Below are positions 24,618 to 34,539 of a stretch of DNA of 64,000 nt, one piece after another. Each line of letters opens with the position of its first letter. Positions within the stretch are counted from its first letter, which is position 1. Under the pieces are notes generated by a model. It made no database searches and had not been told where the DNA came from. It saw nothing but the letters and a program-made list of their open reading frames with translations. The stretch comes from Clostridiales bacterium (GTDB taxonomy: Bacteria; Bacillota; Clostridia; Christensenellales; UBA3700). The position numbers were made by a program, and so were the translations under genes. The stretch spans positions 2,225 through 66,224 of the forward strand of contig SVHF01000002.1 of NCBI GenBank assembly GCA_015055975.1, given 5' to 3'.

Positions 24618-25910
24618 ATGAATACTTCTAAAATGAAGGCACAACTTTGGGACAAAACCCAATATTTTTTGTCAAACTTTTATGATAGAATGATGAACTA
24701 TGCAATTTTTTATGATGGTGAATTAGATATAGATATTATTAGAAAGTCTGTTAAGGCTGTAGTAGATAAAGTTCCAGCTTTACATTCTCAATATAAACCT
24801 AATTGGATAAGACCATATTGGAAGATAAGAGATGATTATACTCTTGAAGAGATGGCAGATTTTGAAGAAGTTGAAGATTTGGAAGCTGCTACAACTGAGT
24901 TTTTGATGGGTGAAGTAGATAATAACAATAAGCTTCAATTCAAATGTAAGGTATTTAAATCAAAAGGTAAGTGTTCTTTTGCTACAATAGTTAATCACCA
25001 ATGTTTCGATGGTAGTGATTATAAATATTGTATGTTTAAAATTGTAGAATATTATAATGCTTTTAAGAGAGATGGAAATATAGACAAAGTCGTTTTCAAA
25101 CAAGGTCCAAGAGATCTTTCTCAACTATACGACAACATGGAAGAAGAGGCTGCTAAAAAAGCAAAAAAATTATATAGCAATCCTACAAAATCTGGTATAA
25201 AAACAACGTTTAGATTTACAGATGATAAAGATTGTAAAAAGCGTCTTATCATGAAGATGATTCCAAAAGAATTGTTTGAAAAAGCTAAGGCAAAAGGTAA
25301 GGCAACAGGCGCCTCAATTAACGACGTTATGCTTACAGCATACTTTAGAGCTTTGGTTAAGGAAATCGGATGCAAAAACGATGAGCCATTAAACATTACT
25401 TCAATGATGGATTTAAGACGTCATATGAAGAATGGAGACACTATTGGTGTTACAAATATGACAGCATTTATGCCATGTAAATTAAGTGAAGGAATAGGTG
25501 GCACATTTGAAGATACTTTAGCTCGAGTTCAAGAGCAGACTTTAAAGCAAAAACAAGATAGTGTTACTGGACTTTATGGCCTTCCTTTATTAGGACTTGC
25601 ATATAAAGTATTTTGGATTGATTGTCTTGCAACTTTTGCAATAAAACTTGGATATGATAATCCATTAATTCAAATGAGTAATTTAGGTATTTTAAAAGCA
25701 GAAGACGTAGATTTTGATGGATGTCATTTCTATGATTGTATAATGACAGGTGCTGTTAAATATAAGCCATATTTCCAATTCACTTGTGTAACAAGAGAAG
25801 GGAATATGAAATTCTGCGTTGCTGAAAGATGCTCAGATAAAGACGAACAATTAATTAGAGGCTTTTTTGACGATATGGAAAAAGAGCTTGAAGGTTACGT
25901 AAAAATATGA
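24618..25910 (+). CDS. Stand-alone condensation-domain-like (HxxxDG) acyltransferase
   Basis: VNHQCFDGSDY carries the HxxxDG catalytic motif of the NRPS C-domain / PapA5 / WS-DGAT / alcohol-acetyltransferase superfamily. 430 aa fits the two-lobe CAT-like fold. Confidence 0.55.
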   Translation: MNTSKMKAQLWDKTQYFLSNFYDRMMNYAIFYDGELDIDIIRKSVKAVVDKVPALHSQYKPNWIRPYWKIRDDYTLEEMADFEEVEDLEAATTEFLMGEVDNNNKLQFKCKVFKSKGKCSFATIVNHQCFDGSDYKYCMFKIVEYYNAFKRDGNIDKVVFKQGPRDLSQLYDNMEEEAAKKAKKLYSNPTKSGIKTTFRFTDDKDCKKRLIMKMIPKELFEKAKAKGKATGASINDVMLTAYFRALVKEIGCKNDEPLNITSMMDLRRHMKNGDTIGVTNMTAFMPCKLSEGIGGTFEDTLARVQEQTLKQKQDSVTGLYGLPLLGLAYKVFWIDCLATFAIKLGYDNPLIQMSNLGILKAEDVDFDGCHFYDCIMTGAVKYKPYFQFTCVTREGNMKFCVAERCSDKDEQLIRGFFDDMEKELEGYVKI

Positions 25911-26377
25911 AGATCTTGTTCGTATGTTCATCAAACATCTGTAGAAGTCCATACTGCGAGATGCTATTTAGTAGAATGATAAAAGAAGATGAAAAGCTTT
26001 CTCTATCAATAGAGAAAGTATCTTCTGCTGCTGTTCTAAATCAGTCATTCAAAATTCATCCAAAAGCAGTGTTGGCTCTAAAGCGTGAAGGCTTTTCGGA
26101 AGAAGAAATCTATAGCCATAAACCTCGCTTTAAGTGGTTGGCTTGGAAAGACTTTAAAGAAGCAGATTTAATTATTGGGATGAACAACGCAAATAAGGTA
26201 TTTACTCCACTAATGTTTCAAAAGAAATTTAAGACATTATCTGAAGTTGCAACAGGAGAGGATGTATTTATCCCAGATCCATGGCTTATGAAGGACATAA
26301 ATGACTACTATAAAGTTATGGACATTATAAAAGACTATTTGATAAAATTCGCGGCCAAATTGAAAGGCCAAAACTAA
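25907..26377 (+). CDS. Low-molecular-weight protein-tyrosine phosphatase
   Basis: P-loop ILFVCSSNICRSP (CX5R-S) and a DPW general-acid motif near the C-terminus. ATGA overlap with the upstream gene. Confidence 0.85.
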   Translation: MKILFVCSSNICRSPYCEMLFSRMIKEDEKLSLSIEKVSSAAVLNQSFKIHPKAVLALKREGFSEEEIYSHKPRFKWLAWKDFKEADLIIGMNNANKVFTPLMFQKKFKTLSEVATGEDVFIPDPWLMKDINDYYKVMDIIKDYLIKFAAKLKGQN

Positions 26378-26398
26378 CTAATCTATTTTTATATAAAA

Positions 26399-26427
26399 AA
26401 GCGTATATGGACATACGCTTGTTTGTG
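26399..26427 (+). terminator. Rho-independent terminator
   Basis: aagcgtat-atggac-atacgctt followed by gtttgtgtgt. Confidence 0.5.
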
Positions 26428-26473
26428 TGTTAAAATAATAAAGTAAATTAATTTCTAAAGGTGAACGGTAGAT

Positions 26474-27988
26474 ATGGAAAAAATAGCAATTATTGATGTA
26501 GGCTCGAATTCAGCACGTTTGGTTATCGTAGATATTTTAGAGAACGGATTTTTCCAAGTTGAAGATCAACTAAAAGAGACTTTAAGATTAGCGCAAGATA
26601 TGGAAGAAGATGGTTTCATTCAACCAGCTAGAATTGCGCAAACTGTAAAGACTCTAAAGATGTTCTCAAGACTTTGCGATGCGAACAAAATTGAACGTGT
26701 TTATGCTTATGCTACAGAAGCAGTTAGAAAAGCTAAAAACCAAAGAGGTTTTTTAGATGAAATTGAATCTTGTACAGGAATCAAGTTAAAAGTTTTGGAA
26801 TATGAAGAAGAAGCTAAGCTTGTTTACCAAGGTGTTATTAACTCATTGGATATTCCAAGAGGTTTAATTGTGGATATCGGCGGCGGTAGCACACAATTCA
26901 TTTACTACAACAGAAAAAATCTATTACAATTTACAACATTGCCACTTGGCGCTGTTGTAATTACAGATATGTTTAAAAATTCAGGAGCAACTCCACTTGA
27001 AAGATCTCAAGCTATGGAAAAATATGTGCTTCAAGAATTAGAAAAATTACCATGGTTAAATGAAATCGCACCAGATACAAAACTTATCGGTGTAGGTGGT
27101 TCATTCAGAAACATTGGTAAGATCTCTAGAATGTTGAAGAAATATCCATTATCAATGGCACATAATTATCAAATCCCAGCTCAAGAATTTGATAGCATTT
27201 TCAACAACATAAGAACACTAGAACTTTCTAGCACAATGAAGATTAAAGGATTATCATCGGTTAGAGCAGATATCTTCCCAGCTGCACTTTCAGTAGTTAG
27301 TGCAATTATGAAGAAGTGCAAGTTTGATGAAATCGTTATTTCTGGTTGTGGTTTAAGAGAAGGTGCAATGTTCAAATATGCAGTTCCATCAACTAATGAA
27401 AAACCAATTAACGATGTTGTTGGACATAGCATTTATTCATTGTTGAATTTCTTTAATGCAAATATTGAACATGCTGAGCATGTTTATGAATTATCTATGC
27501 AACTATATAAGCAATTAAAAGTACTTCACAAATTGCCAAGACAATATGTCAAAGTATTAAGAGTTGCAGCGCTTTTACATGATACAGGTACTCGCATTAA
27601 GTATTATGAACACCAATTCCATTCAGCATATATCATTTTGAACTCTAACCTATATGGAATTTCTCATAAAGACTTAGTTATGAGTGCATTTGTTGCATCA
27701 CTTCATAGAAAGGGCGAAATCAATATGGCAGAGCTTATGAAATATAAAGATATGCTATCTGCTGAAGATGTAGATGCAATTATGAAGATAGGTGTTATCG
27801 TTAGAATTGCAGAAAGCTTAGATAGAAGTATGAGCGGATGCGTAACAACAATTCTATGTGACGTTTTAGGTGATAGCGTTATCATGAAAGTTGAAGGCGA
27901 TGGCGATTATTCTCTTGAAATTAAAGATGCTTTAACAGCAGTAAGTGAATTCAAGAGAGCTTACAAGAAAAACTTACAAATACTATAA
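26474..27988 (+). CDS. ppx: Exopolyphosphatase / guanosine pentaphosphate phosphohydrolase (Ppx/GppA family)
   Basis: IAIIDVGSNSARLVI and DIGGGSTQ actin-like ATPase motifs, plus a C-terminal HD-like domain (AALLHDTG). Confidence 0.85.
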   Translation: MEKIAIIDVGSNSARLVIVDILENGFFQVEDQLKETLRLAQDMEEDGFIQPARIAQTVKTLKMFSRLCDANKIERVYAYATEAVRKAKNQRGFLDEIESCTGIKLKVLEYEEEAKLVYQGVINSLDIPRGLIVDIGGGSTQFIYYNRKNLLQFTTLPLGAVVITDMFKNSGATPLERSQAMEKYVLQELEKLPWLNEIAPDTKLIGVGGSFRNIGKISRMLKKYPLSMAHNYQIPAQEFDSIFNNIRTLELSSTMKIKGLSSVRADIFPAALSVVSAIMKKCKFDEIVISGCGLREGAMFKYAVPSTNEKPINDVVGHSIYSLLNFFNANIEHAEHVYELSMQLYKQLKVLHKLPRQYVKVLRVAALLHDTGTRIKYYEHQFHSAYIILNSNLYGISHKDLVMSAFVASLHRKGEINMAELMKYKDMLSAEDVDAIMKIGVIVRIAESLDRSMSGCVTTILCDVLGDSVIMKVEGDGDYSLEIKDALTAVSEFKRAYKKNLQIL

Positions 27989-28011
27989 AAATTTGTATGT
28001 GATAAGGGCGG

Positions 28012-28042
28012 AAAGAGGATGCAAATATTGCATCCTCTTTTT
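28012..28042 (+). terminator. Rho-independent terminator after ppx
   Basis: Perfect 12-bp stem aaagaggatgca/tgcatcctcttt, loop aatat, then a T-run. Confidence 0.75.
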
Positions 28043-28106
28043 GTGTGCGTTGCATTTATTTTATACGCGTGTTAAAATAAACTCGTAATATATTTTAGGT
28101 GGTTAT

Positions 28107-29636
28107 ATGGGGATTAAAAATATCGAATTTGAAGCAAATCAAGGAAATGCGGAAGCACAAGTAAAACTAGGACGTATTTATTTGAGCGGCCTTGGCGTTG
28201 ATGTTGATTACAAAAAGGCTCATAATTGTTTTGTAAAAGCTGCCAAAGCTCAAAATGCTGATGGCTATGCTTATCTTGCTTATACATATGCTCTTGGACT
28301 TGGCGTTGAAAAGAACGATGAGAAGGTAGTTTCTTATTTCCAAAAAGCTAGTGAACTTAATGATGATTATTCTTCATTTGCATTAGGCTTCATCTATAGA
28401 AAGGGTTTATTTGGCGTTGAGAAAGACGAAGCACAAGCTTTAGAGTATGTACAAAAAGCTTCAAATAACAATTTTGGCCCAGCAAAATATGAATATGCAT
28501 TCTTGTTAGAAAAACAAGCAAATAAATTAAAAAAGAGCAATGATGCGCAAGATGTTAAAAAAGCGGACGAGATGAAAACGCAAATTATTGCGTTATATAA
28601 AGATTCTGCAAATTCTAATTATGCTCCAGCTCAATATGCTTTAGCTGTAAGACTTTTAAAAGAAAACAATCCTCAAAAAGATGTAGAGGCTTTCAAATAT
28701 TTAGAATCAGCAAAAGAAGGCGACTATGCGCTTGCATATTATGCGCTAGCAACTCTATACGATGAAGGAAGAGGCTGCGAACAAGATTTCTATAAGAGTT
28801 TTGAATATTATGAAAAAGCCTATGAACTTGGCTATAAAAAGGCAGTACTAGATATTGCCAATGCATATATTTATGGACTTGGCTGTAAGCAAAGCTATAA
28901 ATCAGCATTAGATGTTTGTAGAGACGCTGTAAATGGTGGTATTCAAGAAGCCAACTATTTTGCAGGTATGTGTTTTGAATACGGCTTGGGCGTTGATCAA
29001 GATTACGAAAAGGCAATTGAACTTTATGGGTATGCATCTTATTCATATTTCCCAGCAACAATAAAACTTGGACAAATATATGACCCATATTATGGAATTG
29101 GCGCCGATGAAGTAGGAGCAAGAGAAGAATACGAACAAGCTGCTCAAAACGGTTCTATTGATGGTATGGCAGAAATTGCGAAACTAGATTTAGATAAAGA
29201 TGAAGAAACACACCTAAAAGAATTAAAAAATTATGCAGATATGGGGTCAGCTGTTGCTAACGAAGTTCTAGGAACTTTATATAAAGACGGAAAATGCGTA
29301 AAGCAAGATGCAACAAAGGCTCTAGAATATTACAAGAAAGCTTCAAAGCTTGGCTCAGATAAGGCAACAAAAGAAATTATTGAAATTGCTAAAGCAAAAC
29401 AAGATAAAGCACTTGAAGAAGCATATACAGATAGAATCTCTTTGCTTGGTTCTCCAAAAGGATATTTTACAAGAGCAAAGGTTTTATTTGAAGAAGGGGA
29501 AACAGAAAGATCTGCTTTTTGGTATGCGATGGGTGGACTTGCTACTCAAAAAGAAGAAAACAAGCAAAAAGCAGTAGAAATTTTGAAAGAAAAATTCAAA
29601 AAGGATGCAAGCGGTGCTTGGGGAAGCGCAGAATAA
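28107..29636 (+). CDS. Sel1-repeat (SLR/TPR-like) protein
   Basis: At least 8 repeats of the G-x-A-x-A-Q-x-x-L-G-x-x-Y-x-x-G-x-G-V-x-x-D-x-x-K-A type (GNAEAQVKLGRIYLSGLGVDVDYKKA, etc.). Confidence 0.85.
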   Translation: MGIKNIEFEANQGNAEAQVKLGRIYLSGLGVDVDYKKAHNCFVKAAKAQNADGYAYLAYTYALGLGVEKNDEKVVSYFQKASELNDDYSSFALGFIYRKGLFGVEKDEAQALEYVQKASNNNFGPAKYEYAFLLEKQANKLKKSNDAQDVKKADEMKTQIIALYKDSANSNYAPAQYALAVRLLKENNPQKDVEAFKYLESAKEGDYALAYYALATLYDEGRGCEQDFYKSFEYYEKAYELGYKKAVLDIANAYIYGLGCKQSYKSALDVCRDAVNGGIQEANYFAGMCFEYGLGVDQDYEKAIELYGYASYSYFPATIKLGQIYDPYYGIGADEVGAREEYEQAAQNGSIDGMAEIAKLDLDKDEETHLKELKNYADMGSAVANEVLGTLYKDGKCVKQDATKALEYYKKASKLGSDKATKEIIEIAKAKQDKALEEAYTDRISLLGSPKGYFTRAKVLFEEGETERSAFWYAMGGLATQKEENKQKAVEILKEKFKKDASGAWGSAE

Positions 29637-30187
29637 TGCAAATAATCCTCGCATCTCAATCTCCAAGAAGAAAGGAACTTTTAAAAGAAATATTTGATGT
29701 CTTTGATATCATGCCACAAGATGTTGATGAGGATGTTAAAGAAGATAATCCTATTGAACTTGTGAAAGAGCTTGCTCTAAAGAAGTTAAACAACTTGGAT
29801 GAAAAATATAAAGATGCGCTAATTATTAGTGCAGATACAATAGTGTGGTTGAATGGAAAATTGTATGGAAAACCACACACAATAGAAAAAGCAATAGAAA
29901 CTTTACATGCACTATCTGGAACAATACATCACGTATTTACTGGCGTATGTATTGCATATAAGGGCGAAAGACATGTGTTTGTTGATGAAGCAAAAATAGA
30001 ATTTCGTAAATTAACAGATGATGAAATCGTAAAATACGTTTACGACAAAAAGCCACTAGATAAAGCAGGCGCTTATGGAATCCAAGATGGAGATATGGTA
30101 AAGGGATATGAAGGAAGTTATTCAAATATTATGGGGCTTCCTGTTGAAAGATTAAAAGAGGAATTAAAAAAGCTAGGAGTCATATAA
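29636..30187 (+). CDS. maf: Maf-like nucleoside-triphosphate pyrophosphatase
   Basis: MQIILASQSPRRKELL..., ISADTIV and AGAYGIQ motifs. ATG 29636 overlaps the Sel1 gene TAA. The track ORF from 29519 is an upstream extension. Confidence 0.9.
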   Translation: MQIILASQSPRRKELLKEIFDVFDIMPQDVDEDVKEDNPIELVKELALKKLNNLDEKYKDALIISADTIVWLNGKLYGKPHTIEKAIETLHALSGTIHHVFTGVCIAYKGERHVFVDEAKIEFRKLTDDEIVKYVYDKKPLDKAGAYGIQDGDMVKGYEGSYSNIMGLPVERLKEELKKLGVI

Positions 30188-31194
30188 TGAGAAGCATTCA
30201 ACTAGTAATAGATATTGGGAGCAAGTTTACAACAATTTCGCAACAAGGAAAGGGCTTTGTTTTAAAAGATGCCTCATTGGTATTTATCGAAAACAAAAAC
30301 AACAAAATAAACCTTATTGAAGTTGGTAGAGGTGTTGCAAGTTACATTGGTCAACAAAGACCAAATGAACAAGCAATTTATCCAATCAAGGAAGGAACAA
30401 TCTATCATGAACGTGCTGCCGTATTGATGTATAGAGCTTTTTTAAATAAGATTGCTGGCGAATCATTATTTAGACCAAAGATAAAAGCAATTGCTTGTGT
30501 ATCTTGCGGTTTAACAAATACAGAAAAACACGATATAGAAAAGGTGCTAACTCAAGCTGGTGTTTCAGAAGTAGTAATTTTAGAATCACCACTTGCTGCA
30601 TATGCAGCTGTTGCCGATGGAAGCGCTCGTTGTATCGTAGATATTGGTGCATCAAAAACAGAAGTGGCAATAGTAAATAGACAAGGTATTGTTGCAGGAT
30701 GTTCTTTGAACATTGGTGGTAATTCATTCAACCAAGCAATTATGGATTACATTTTGGATGAAAAGCGTTGTAGATTAGCTCCAGAGAGGGTTGAGAAATT
30801 GAAAAAGCAATTGGCAACTTTATCAGATAGTGAAAACTTTGCTGTAAATGAAGTCGTAACAGAAATTGGCGCTGGAACACAAACTCAAATTCAAATCCAT
30901 TCTTCAGAGATTAAAAAAGCTCTAGAGCCATATGTTGCAAAGATTTGTACAACTATCTTGTCAATTCTATCTCAAACTCCAGAAAATCTAGTTGATGAAG
31001 TTACTGCAAATGGTATTCTTCTTTGCGGCGGTTCATCAAGAATAAATGGGCTTTGTGAATATATTGCAAATGATGTAGGATTGATGGTAGCACGTGCAGA
31101 AAATCCAGAAAACATAATTGTTAATGGTGGTATGTACTTTATTGAGCACAGAGATCAATTAGCAAATCTATTGAATGTCGTAAATTTAAAATAA
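30187..31194 (+). CDS. MreB/Mbl-like actin-family protein (divergent)
   Basis: Colinear with B. subtilis MreB: PIKEGTIYHERAAVLMYRAFLNKI vs [24 protein letters not shown], and VDIGASKTEVAIV..GIVAGCSLNIGGNSFNQAIMDYI vs [36 protein letters not shown]. The phosphate-1 motif is atypical (DIGSKFT). Confidence 0.75.
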   Translation: MRSIQLVIDIGSKFTTISQQGKGFVLKDASLVFIENKNNKINLIEVGRGVASYIGQQRPNEQAIYPIKEGTIYHERAAVLMYRAFLNKIAGESLFRPKIKAIACVSCGLTNTEKHDIEKVLTQAGVSEVVILESPLAAYAAVADGSARCIVDIGASKTEVAIVNRQGIVAGCSLNIGGNSFNQAIMDYILDEKRCRLAPERVEKLKKQLATLSDSENFAVNEVVTEIGAGTQTQIQIHSSEIKKALEPYVAKICTTILSILSQTPENLVDEVTANGILLCGGSSRINGLCEYIANDVGLMVARAENPENIIVNGGMYFIEHRDQLANLLNVVNLK

Positions 31195-31195
31195 G

Positions 31196-32140
31196 ATGTT
31201 TGTTGGCGTAGATATTGGTGGAACTAATACAAAGATAGGTATTGTAAGCAAGCTTGGACGCGTGGTTGCAATGTCTTCTTTTAAGACAAGATCACCAAGG
31301 GAGCCACAAGATTTTGTTAAAGAGATTTTTGCAAACATTGAAAAACTTCTTCATGCAAACGACATCCAATTAGAAAATATTGAAGGCATAGGCGTAGGTG
31401 TTCCTGGCGTTGTAGATAATAATGGGGTTGTTGTTAATGCAACAAATCTTAAATGGAAAGATGTAGAACTTAAAGAGATATTCAAAGAATATACTACATC
31501 AAAAATAGTAATTGGGAACGATGCCGACTGTGCTATGCTTGCTGAATGGAAATTTGGCGGCGCTAAAGGCGCAAAGAACGCAATTTTGATAACACTTGGA
31601 ACTGGTATAGGTTCTGGGATAATTTTGGACAATAAGCTTTATAGGGGCGCGCACGGGACAGGTTCAGAATGCGGGCACATGGTTATAAAGTTTGATGGGG
31701 AGATGTGTAGCTGCGGAAATAGAGGATGCTGGGAAGTGTATGCATCAGCTAAAGCTTTAACAAGAAGAACAGAGCAAGCAGTTATGCAAAATCCAAATGG
31801 GGTGCTAAGTAAAATAGTATCTCAATATGGTAGAGCGTCAGCTCATTCTTGTTTTGAAGGAGCAAGAAGAGGAGATAGTGTCTCACAAAATTTAATGAAC
31901 GAATACATTGATTATGTAGTTTGTGGCCTTATTAACTTAACCCAAATATTTCATCCGGAGATGTTTATCTTGGGCGGAGGAGTTGCTAAAGAAGGACTAA
32001 ATTTCGTGAAAGCAGTGGATGCTAAACTAAATGATTTTCTAAAGAAAAATAATTTTGAGCCAACGGTTTTAGTGAAAAGACCTGTACTTGAAAACAATGC
32101 AGGGATAGTTGGAGCTGCATCGTTGGCAATGGACGTATAG
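31196..32140 (+). CDS. ROK-family sugar kinase (glucokinase-like)
   Basis: VGVDIGGTNTKIGIV, ITLGTGIGSGII, and the ROK zinc motif GHMVIKFDGEMCSCGNRGCWE. Confidence 0.85.
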   Translation: MFVGVDIGGTNTKIGIVSKLGRVVAMSSFKTRSPREPQDFVKEIFANIEKLLHANDIQLENIEGIGVGVPGVVDNNGVVVNATNLKWKDVELKEIFKEYTTSKIVIGNDADCAMLAEWKFGGAKGAKNAILITLGTGIGSGIILDNKLYRGAHGTGSECGHMVIKFDGEMCSCGNRGCWEVYASAKALTRRTEQAVMQNPNGVLSKIVSQYGRASAHSCFEGARRGDSVSQNLMNEYIDYVVCGLINLTQIFHPEMFILGGGVAKEGLNFVKAVDAKLNDFLKKNNFEPTVLVKRPVLENNAGIVGAASLAMDV

Positions 32141-33889
32141 ATGACAAATGAGTTAAAAGACATTTTGTTGCAAGTTGAAAGACCGGCAAGATACGTTGGC
32201 GGAGAATTCAATTTGCCAGACATGCAAAAGCAATGCAAAGAAAGAGTTTGTATGTGCTTTAGCGACAAATACGAAATAGGTATGTCGAATATTGGTATAA
32301 GAATCTTATACCATATGCTTAATGACATGGATGATGTCGTATGCGAAAGATGCTTTGCTCCAGATTTGGATTTAGCAAAATTATTAAAAGAAAAGAATAT
32401 GCCTCTATTTTCAATAGAGACAAAGAAAGATTTAAAAGAATTTGATTTAATTGGTTTTTCTGTTCAATTCGAGCTTCAATATACAAATATTGCGTACATG
32501 TTTGATTTAGCAAACATTCCATATTATGCAAAAGATAGAGGAGAAGAATTCCCACTAATTGTAGCTGGAGGCCCTTGCTCTGTAAATCCTATGCCATATG
32601 CTGACTTTTTTGATGCAATATTAGTTGGAGATGGAGAAGTTAATTTAAAGCAAATTGTTGAATTACATAAAGAGCTTAAAGATCAACATTTAACAAAAGA
32701 AGAATTCTTAAAGATTGCCGTAGATAAAGTCGATGGTTTATATGTACCAAGATTTAAGAATAAAACAAAAAGGGCAATTATTCAAGATTTAGATAAAGCA
32801 TATTTCCCAACAAAGATTTTGGTTCCAAATTGTGCAATTGTTCATGATAGATCAACGATTGAATTATTTAGAGGATGCGCAAACGGTTGTAGATTCTGCC
32901 AAGCATGTTTCTACTATAGACCAATAAGGGAAAGAAAGGTGGATACTTTAGTTGAATATGCAAAGCGTTTAATGGATTCAACTGGATATGAAGAATTGAG
33001 CTTATCTTCTTTGTCTACATCTGACTATTCAGGACTAAAAGAGCTTGTGGATAGGATTAAAAAAGAGGCAGATGAAAGAAAGGTTAAATTGGCTGTCCCA
33101 TCTCTAAGATTGGACTCATTTGAAGCTGAGATATATGAAGAGCTAAATGGGGCTTCTTTAACATTTGCTCCAGAGGCTGGAACTCAAAGATTAAGAAACG
33201 TAATAAACAAGAATATTTCTGAAGAAAATATTACATCGGCAATTGAAGGTGCGATGAAGAATAACGTTAAAAACGTTAAATTGTATTTTATGATTGGTCT
33301 TCCAACAGAAACAAATGAAGACTTAGACGGCATTGCTAAGATTGCAAAAGAGGTTCTATGGCTTCACAAAAAGAGCGGAACATCAAAGATTATAAATATA
33401 ACAGTTTCAACTTCAGTATTTATTCCAAAGCCTCTAACTCCATTCCAATGGGAAAAGCAAATTACTTTAGAAGAAATGGAAGCAAAGCAAAAATATTTGC
33501 AAGAAGCCTTAAGAATTAAAAACGTAAGATATAACTGGCACGATGCAAAGACGTCATATTTAGAGGCTGTATTTGCAAGAGGCGATGAAAAGTTGATGCC
33601 AGCAATCATTAAAGCTTATGAAAAGGGCTGCGTATTTGATAGTTGGAGCGAATGTTTTGACTTTGATAAATGGATGGAAGCATTTAAAGAATGCGGCATA
33701 AATATGGACGATTACACTGGTGCAATTCCAGAAGATAAAGTTTTACCTTGGGATGTAATAGATAATGGCGTAACAAAGGCATATTTATTGAAAGAAAAGC
33801 ATTTGGCATATGAGGGAGTCACAACTCCAAATTGCATGGGTAAATGTAACGGCTGCGGTGCCTCAAAACTCGGGAGGTGCTTTGAATGA
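32141..33889 (+). CDS. Radical SAM protein of the TIGR03960 (B12-binding-like N-domain) family
   Basis: The CxxxCxxC cluster is CANGCRFCQAC. Its size and its position directly upstream of a TIGR03936-like gene and rng are characteristic. Confidence 0.85.
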   Translation: MTNELKDILLQVERPARYVGGEFNLPDMQKQCKERVCMCFSDKYEIGMSNIGIRILYHMLNDMDDVVCERCFAPDLDLAKLLKEKNMPLFSIETKKDLKEFDLIGFSVQFELQYTNIAYMFDLANIPYYAKDRGEEFPLIVAGGPCSVNPMPYADFFDAILVGDGEVNLKQIVELHKELKDQHLTKEEFLKIAVDKVDGLYVPRFKNKTKRAIIQDLDKAYFPTKILVPNCAIVHDRSTIELFRGCANGCRFCQACFYYRPIRERKVDTLVEYAKRLMDSTGYEELSLSSLSTSDYSGLKELVDRIKKEADERKVKLAVPSLRLDSFEAEIYEELNGASLTFAPEAGTQRLRNVINKNISEENITSAIEGAMKNNVKNVKLYFMIGLPTETNEDLDGIAKIAKEVLWLHKKSGTSKIINITVSTSVFIPKPLTPFQWEKQITLEEMEAKQKYLQEALRIKNVRYNWHDAKTSYLEAVFARGDEKLMPAIIKAYEKGCVFDSWSECFDFDKWMEAFKECGINMDDYTGAIPEDKVLPWDVIDNGVTKAYLLKEKHLAYEGVTTPNCMGKCNGCGASKLGRCFE

Positions 33890-34539
33890 TTATAGTAATT
33901 AAGCATGTAAAAGCAGGCGACTTTTCTTATGTGTCACACTTAGATACAATGGACGTGTTGCATAGAACCTTGAAACGTGCAAAAATAGATGTTAATTATT
34001 CGCAAGGTTTCGTAAAGCATATGTTAACATATGCAACAACTCCAATTCCTCTTGGAACTCAATCTGTTGCAGAATATTATTCTGTTGATTGTAACAATAT
34101 AACTCCAGAAGAATTTTTGGAAAGATTTAATGAAAATGTACCACAAGATTTAAGAGCAGTATCTGCTGTTGCAAAACCAAAGAATCCAAATCTTGCAGGC
34201 AATGTCACAGCTTCAGATTTTCTTGTTAAGTGCAAAAATATTGTGCCTGTTGAAATTGAAGAAATAATGGACAAAGATTCTTATATGATTGACCTAACGA
34301 AAAAGGGAGAAATCATACAAAAAGATATTAGAGGTATGCTATTTAGCATATTTGTTGATGGTAAAAATCTTTGGATAAGAAGTGCTACAGGAAATACAAA
34401 CTTGAGAATAGATTCCTTTGTAAAGCACCTTATTAAAGAGTATAATATTGAAACGACTATGAACGACATAACTAGACTTGCTCAGTTCGTTCAATTAGAT
34501 GGAAAATTTGTAGGAGTAGACGATTATCTAAAACTATGA
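33886..34539 (+). CDS. TIGR03936/DUF2344-family radical-SAM-associated protein
   Basis: FSYVSHLDTMDVLHRTLKRAKIDVNYSQGF matches the family N-terminus. ATGA overlaps on both sides. Confidence 0.7.
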   Translation: MIIVIKHVKAGDFSYVSHLDTMDVLHRTLKRAKIDVNYSQGFVKHMLTYATTPIPLGTQSVAEYYSVDCNNITPEEFLERFNENVPQDLRAVSAVAKPKNPNLAGNVTASDFLVKCKNIVPVEIEEIMDKDSYMIDLTKKGEIIQKDIRGMLFSIFVDGKNLWIRSATGNTNLRIDSFVKHLIKEYNIETTMNDITRLAQFVQLDGKFVGVDDYLKL

